A DNA stretch of 64,000 nucleotides from Tubiluchus corallicola (Eukaryota; Animalia; Priapulida): positions 186,001 through 250,000 of the forward strand of contig JAQGDQ010000074.1 of NCBI GenBank assembly GCA_030141605.1, written 5' to 3'. Positions 59,119-64,000 of the stretch are shown here, piece after piece. Position 1 is the first letter of the stretch. Each line of letters opens with the position of its first letter. The notes beneath the pieces are model-generated. The model was not told where the DNA came from. It did no database searches and worked only from the letters and a program-made list of their open reading frames with translations. Position numbers and translations under genes: made by a program.

Positions 59119-59318
59119 AGAACATTTATCGACATTTGTAACTATAATGCAGATATTAGAAACATTTTTACACTAATACAGGACTACAGCTTAATGTATA
59201 ATTTAGCATATTTAGGCATTCAGAAAAACACAGAACTAGGGTTACTAAAGATAACATGTAAGAAGTAATACCTACTGATTAAAGTATTAAAGAAATACTT
59301 TGCGGTTTCTTCACAAAT

Positions 59319-60097
59319 CAGTGGCGTAGTAAGGGAGGATGGTCCACCCCGGGCGGCACTTTTCAGAGGGCAGCATTTTGATCAGGTGCAACAAAAAACT
59401 TGATTCTGTCAGAACAGTAGAAAAACAAAACACATGGCAATTTAATTTTCCACGAAAATGCTGCTTATGGGTGTGAAGATGATAATATCGTTGTAATATT
59501 TATAACAAAGTTTGTTTTTGCTTTCAAAGTGTCTGTGTGGCGCACATTTCGAGCTGGCCATAGAATACAGTTATAATCATGCTTGCAGCTGTAAGCTCAT
59601 CACACATTTACATAAAATTTTGCGAGTTTTTTAACACTGATATTTGCCACTAACATTTCTTTCTTTAACACTGATGTCATTGCAATTACATTATCACCAT
59701 TTGCACAATAATGATTGTGATTCAGTGGCTTCTTGGCTCACCAACGTAATCAACAGTTTTGAATATCTCCAATATGAATTAAAATATTTTCATTTTGGCA
59801 TAATTACTTGTGGATCTATTAACTAATTTATGAACACTTACTTATGTTTATGTCAATGAACTGTTAAAGATGTTCAAAATTTCTTGTGAAAAACAGCAAT
59901 GTCTTAGCAGTTACTCAAGTGCATCATAACTTTGGAGTTATGAAACACAATAAGATGAATTTATTTCTTCACAAACCGATTTTTTTACTTTATTTCATTT
60001 ACACAAAACTAAAATTTTCCTACATAAACATTTTCGTCGGGGGAAGGAGTGGCAAACTCAAATGCCGCACCATGCCACAAGCTCTAGCTACACCCCT
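59319..60097. mobile_element. hAT-type MITE
   Basis: Termini are cagtggcgtag ... gctacacccct, with GC-rich subterminal regions. The flanks carry a near-perfect 8-bp TSD, tcacaaat / ttacaaat. Confidence 0.7.
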
Positions 60098-61334
60098 TTA
60101 CAAATGCTTAAAAGTAACTAAGAAAATGCGTAGTCACCAATTAACTATATGCCAAAAAATCAGAGGGACGAATTTTGCTCAGACTTGTCCATACTGCCCG
60201 TCCAACATGGATCGGGTAAAAGAGAATGTGTACAAATATCACATAAAATGCCACAAGAAGCAAGCTTAGAGTAAAGTTGTGTGTACAAGCCTAATAGAAT
60301 CACTGTAAAAAGGAACATTTTCAGAGTTAAAATTTTATATAATGAACTACACAAAATTAATATTTTCTATCTGATACGTTATTATATGCTTAGACGATTT
60401 TGACTACACAAGTTCTTTCTCCAAGTACATATAGTAATAACCATATGTTGGTTTGGCGAGGGGTTGGAAAGGTGAGAGGTCATGGCATTTTATTAGCTTT
60501 CCATGTCAGGTCTGGGTATTAAGCTAGTAAGTTACCATTGCAAAAACTGCTTTAAAAGGGTTGATCTGTATAACAATTTCCCTAGTTTTGAGGAGGATAT
60601 CCGTACACAAATCCATGCCAAAACATCTGTGCCAGTTTTGTAATCATGGAGAATTATCAAGCATTGTTGAGGTCTTGCTGTAGTTACCTACATTAAGTAG
60701 CGTAGTCCTGCCCAATGTATCCTCAAGCTTATCGAGAGCAGACTTGCATAAAATGACAAAAATAAATAATATTTTATTGGTAATTTGCTTCACCATAAAA
60801 ACTGAGACGGTCTATAGTCCACCTAGCCGTCAGTTATATTAAGAAGTTGCTTACTGTAACAAACTTTAAAAAGTGAAATGTTTTAAAGTGTTAATGCAAA
60901 AAGAGTACTTACGAAAAATGTAAGGCATGATAGAAACTTTGTGACATAGTGAATAACTAGCTACATAAGTAGTGTTTGTGCTGTGAATTTATAATTTACA
61001 AAATACTAAATAAACATGTAATAGAAATTTTATAGATCCATGGGTTCTTGTTTGCATGCTCTTTAAAAATTTACATGAGTATCTTATATAAAGCTAGAAT
61101 TCACTAAGTTTACTTCTGTGCCTGAGAGGTGAAGTACATTACTAAGTTACTAGAGATATTCATGTGAATTCTTACTGTAACAGTAGCCAGCACAGTGAGT
61201 TGAGAATAATTAAATTAAAAATTAAAATTTATATTTAATGCATTTTCGCATAAAGCACAAGCCTGTAGTCTACACATTCTTCTAAACACTGTCAAATATA
61301 TAACAACAGTCTAACATATGATGATAACAATGTC

Positions 61335-62653
61335 TTATGATACACTTTGAGGTGGTTCATCTTGTATTGCTTCAAGACCCTGAAATGAAAATAAAATCTT
61401 CAGAAATATACAGAAACACAGATAAAAAAATGGAATAAACCTGTTGACTGTATTACAAGAAAAAAACGTGTAAACACAAGAAGTTTTCAGTATTTAATGG
61501 CAGACACGAATGAGCTATTGAAATAACCGAGCAAACAAAAGAATAGTAAAACAGTTATTGCTAACCAATTTCACTGTATGTTGAACATAAAAATTTTGAT
61601 TGCAATTACAAATCATTTGAAGAACTTGTATCACCAACTTAGCTTTCAAAAATCCTAATAATATCGGGAATCTAGTGCTCGAGTGGTAAATGTTATCTTA
61701 TAATGTTATAGCCAATTTTGTACTTTCAAATTTAGATGATATTAAATATTATGGTAGAGATCGAGCATATTAATTCCTATGTCAAATTCTGTTGAAATTA
61801 CATGATCAAAAAACTTGAAAAATGGATGAAAAGCAACCAGATAGTATCTGTGTAAAAGCTCATGCTTCTGCTTCCTGTTTGGGAGGTCGTGAGTTTGATG
61901 CATACCAAAAATTCTAATAATGGAGCCTACAGTTGCCTGGCCTGATGCATAGTATTTCAGGTAAAAGTGAGGTAATAATAATTTCTGTTATGTAGTTATG
62001 TAGTATGTTAAAACAGTGGGCTATAAAAGCCTCATGGCTTGTGTTAACTGCTGAATTTAAAGCTGGCTTAAAATAAATGTTTTTATTACCTGAACAAAGA
62101 CATTTTCTCTTTATAAATTTTCAATACTATTTAAATGATTATCCCACACATTGGCTCAAAGAATTGATTACGAAGTAAATAAATGAATAAAAACTTGTTA
62201 TTTGCATGAAAAAGACTTCATTACAAGTATTTGGCATTTTTCAGTGTATAACAGCACATGGAAATTTGGGCTCCTCTCCAGAGAACTACTTTCACATTGA
62301 AGAATGCCAAAATGCATACATGCAGTGAAACTTTCTTCTTTGCTAAATATTATCTGTTCTAAAAACCCTAACAATCTTTAAATGTTTTGCATTTCAGTTT
62401 GCCAATAAAATATTCACATTTATAAACTTTAATAATTTAATTACTTTCAGTCAAGTGCTACATAAGTTGCTATTTAAGCAATATCAATGCTTAAGATATT
62501 TTGAAATTAAGCACTGCAGTTCATTTGTCATTCATCAACTATGAAACGCCAACTGGTCTAACTTACTCGAGAATGGTATGGATTGCCTGTTAGCCTACAA
62601 TCTCGCCTATAGAACATTAGGTCATAAGGGTCAGTTGTGTCTCTTCCTCTCCA
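61335..62653 (-). CDS. Last two coding exons of an unidentified gene entering from the right edge
   Basis: Exon 62653-62567 has acceptor ttttcag and donor gtaagt, is 87 nt long, and only one frame is open (WRGRDTTDPYDLMFYRRDCRLTGNPYHSR). It joins in phase 0 to 61379-61335 (acceptor tttcatttcag; GLEAIQDEPPQSVS-stop). I did not recognise the protein. Confidence 0.6.
61845..61975 (+). mobile_element. Degenerate tRNA-derived SINE fragment (possibly Meta-domain type)
   Basis: B-box-like ggaggtcgtgagtttgat followed by cataccaaaaattctaataatgg...gttgcctggcctgatgc. The similarity is recalled, not computed. Confidence 0.35.
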
Positions 62654-63064
62654 CTGAAAATTAAAAAAAAGAGTTAGCACATACCACTAAATCAGCACAT
62701 ACACACCCTCTCATATGCAGGCATGCATATAACACACACACGCACGAACACTAGTTTGTGTTTTATTAAATAATTAAATAGTAGGTTTAATTTGTTCTTA
62801 GTTTAGTTTGAAAATACAACTAAAAATCTAATTAATTTGAAACAAAAATACAATTTGAAAATGGAGAAATTCTGATAGTATAACTCCTACGGGAACTACT
62901 ACTGAAAAATCCATATTTATTGGTATTTCACCATAGTTGATGCAGGCAGGCTTAATGATTCAATATGTCATTATATATATTTTATATATATTATATATAA
63001 AAGTTGATATAATTTGTGTAATTGAAAATTGAGTAAACTCAGGAATTTTTGATAGGGAAGTAAA

Positions 63065-63900
63065 TATATCTGACTATTCTATATTTCGAAAAGACTGAAA
63101 TCGCAGGACAGATTGAAATTGATTGAGACACAATAGCTTGAGATAATGAGCTTGTAAAGTTCACTACCAACAAGTGTGAATCAATTTTGGTTTAGATTGA
63201 TTTTACTAATAGCACCAATGTTGTCATTGGAAATATATGCTGAATCTTGAGGCATTTTCTATTTGATAAACAAGGTGCAAATTTTTCAGGTGGGTCAGAG
63301 TTGATGCTAACAGGTGACTTTAATTTAGCTTAGACTTAAATGATGCACACAATCAAACTTGTTAAACAACCTGTGTGTGTCAAGAATGCAACATCTGCAA
63401 AAGATTCTACATTAATTGACTACCTATACGTATCATACAAGACATTACATATTGTATAATAAAATCTTCAGTTTCTTGATGTACGTTTAAGCAACCACTT
63501 GATGATGTATATTATTAGAAAAACCGACATTCATAAGGCCACTGCAGTGGTCAAGACACTTTGCTGTTATAATAAACATTTTCACTCAGTTCGATTTAGA
63601 TCTGAACTTGCAAATACGAATTTTTTTTTAATACTGGAAATGTTCATACAGCACAGTCATTGCCTAGAGAAAGATTTATAAAAGCAAAGCAAATCAATGG
63701 AAATGACTGATTAATCTAAATGTAAAAATTATTGGAACATGGTAACAGACAAAGTTGGAGAAGACAGAAAGTTATTTCTAGGAAAAACTAACCGGCTGCA
63801 ATGGAAATCCAAATCAATTTTTGGAAAGTTATAAAACGGGTCCTACGTGACAGAAAAGATACATATATCTCAAAACTGAAGCCTAACAGCACTGAATATA
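63065..63900 (+). mobile_element. Decayed LINE ORF2 fragment (AP-endonuclease region)
   Basis: Broken frames give DYSIFRKD, LMLTGDFN, LVKQP...STLIDYLYVS and LSNHLMMY, corresponding to the GDFN, IDx and SDH motifs of LINE endonucleases. Confidence 0.7.
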
Positions 63901-64000
63901 CAACTGTTAAAAATAATTACCAGTACTTTTAATTGTCTTTTTGTGCTGCAGCTAAGAGTTTTGCCCATAGCTTACCAAAATTTCAATTTTCATTTACACA

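Noticed and set aside
59886-60269. 127-aa plus-strand ORF
   Set aside because: It runs across the end of a hAT-type MITE and has no recognisable protein features.

Overview
This is AT-rich, microsatellite-rich, intron-containing DNA from an invertebrate animal, most likely a protostome; the exact taxon cannot be fixed from this window. Most ORFs in the six-frame track are spurious, and the real genes had to be assembled by hand from GT-AG exons with matching phases. Five genes were found. (1) A minus-strand, secreted, Cys-rich gene of the DUF7042/7043/7044 type: 8 exons visible, 27474->2808, continuing off the left edge. (2) A plus-strand ~774-aa secreted orphan protein: 3 exons, 30424-38072. 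(3) A complete minus-strand BHMT-like Zn-dependent homocysteine S-methyltransferase: 7 exons, 352 aa, 47016->40013. (4) A complete plus-strand OATP/SLCO transporter: 9 exons, 629 aa, 49993-59118. (5) The last two coding exons of an unidentified minus-strand gene at 61335-62653. Introns and spacers hold decayed transposons: an Academ-like TIR element, a 2.6-kb long-inverted-repeat element, a hAT-type MITE, fold-back MITEs, Helentron/HINE-like elements and two LINE fragments. They also hold a perfect 48-bp hairpin, a partial exon duplication that creates a candidate alternative terminal exon, many simple repeats and a 28-N gap. I see no rRNA, tRNA, CRISPR array or prokaryotic system. The best leads for novelty are the orphan secreted protein, the exon-duplication isoform and the atypical BHMT.
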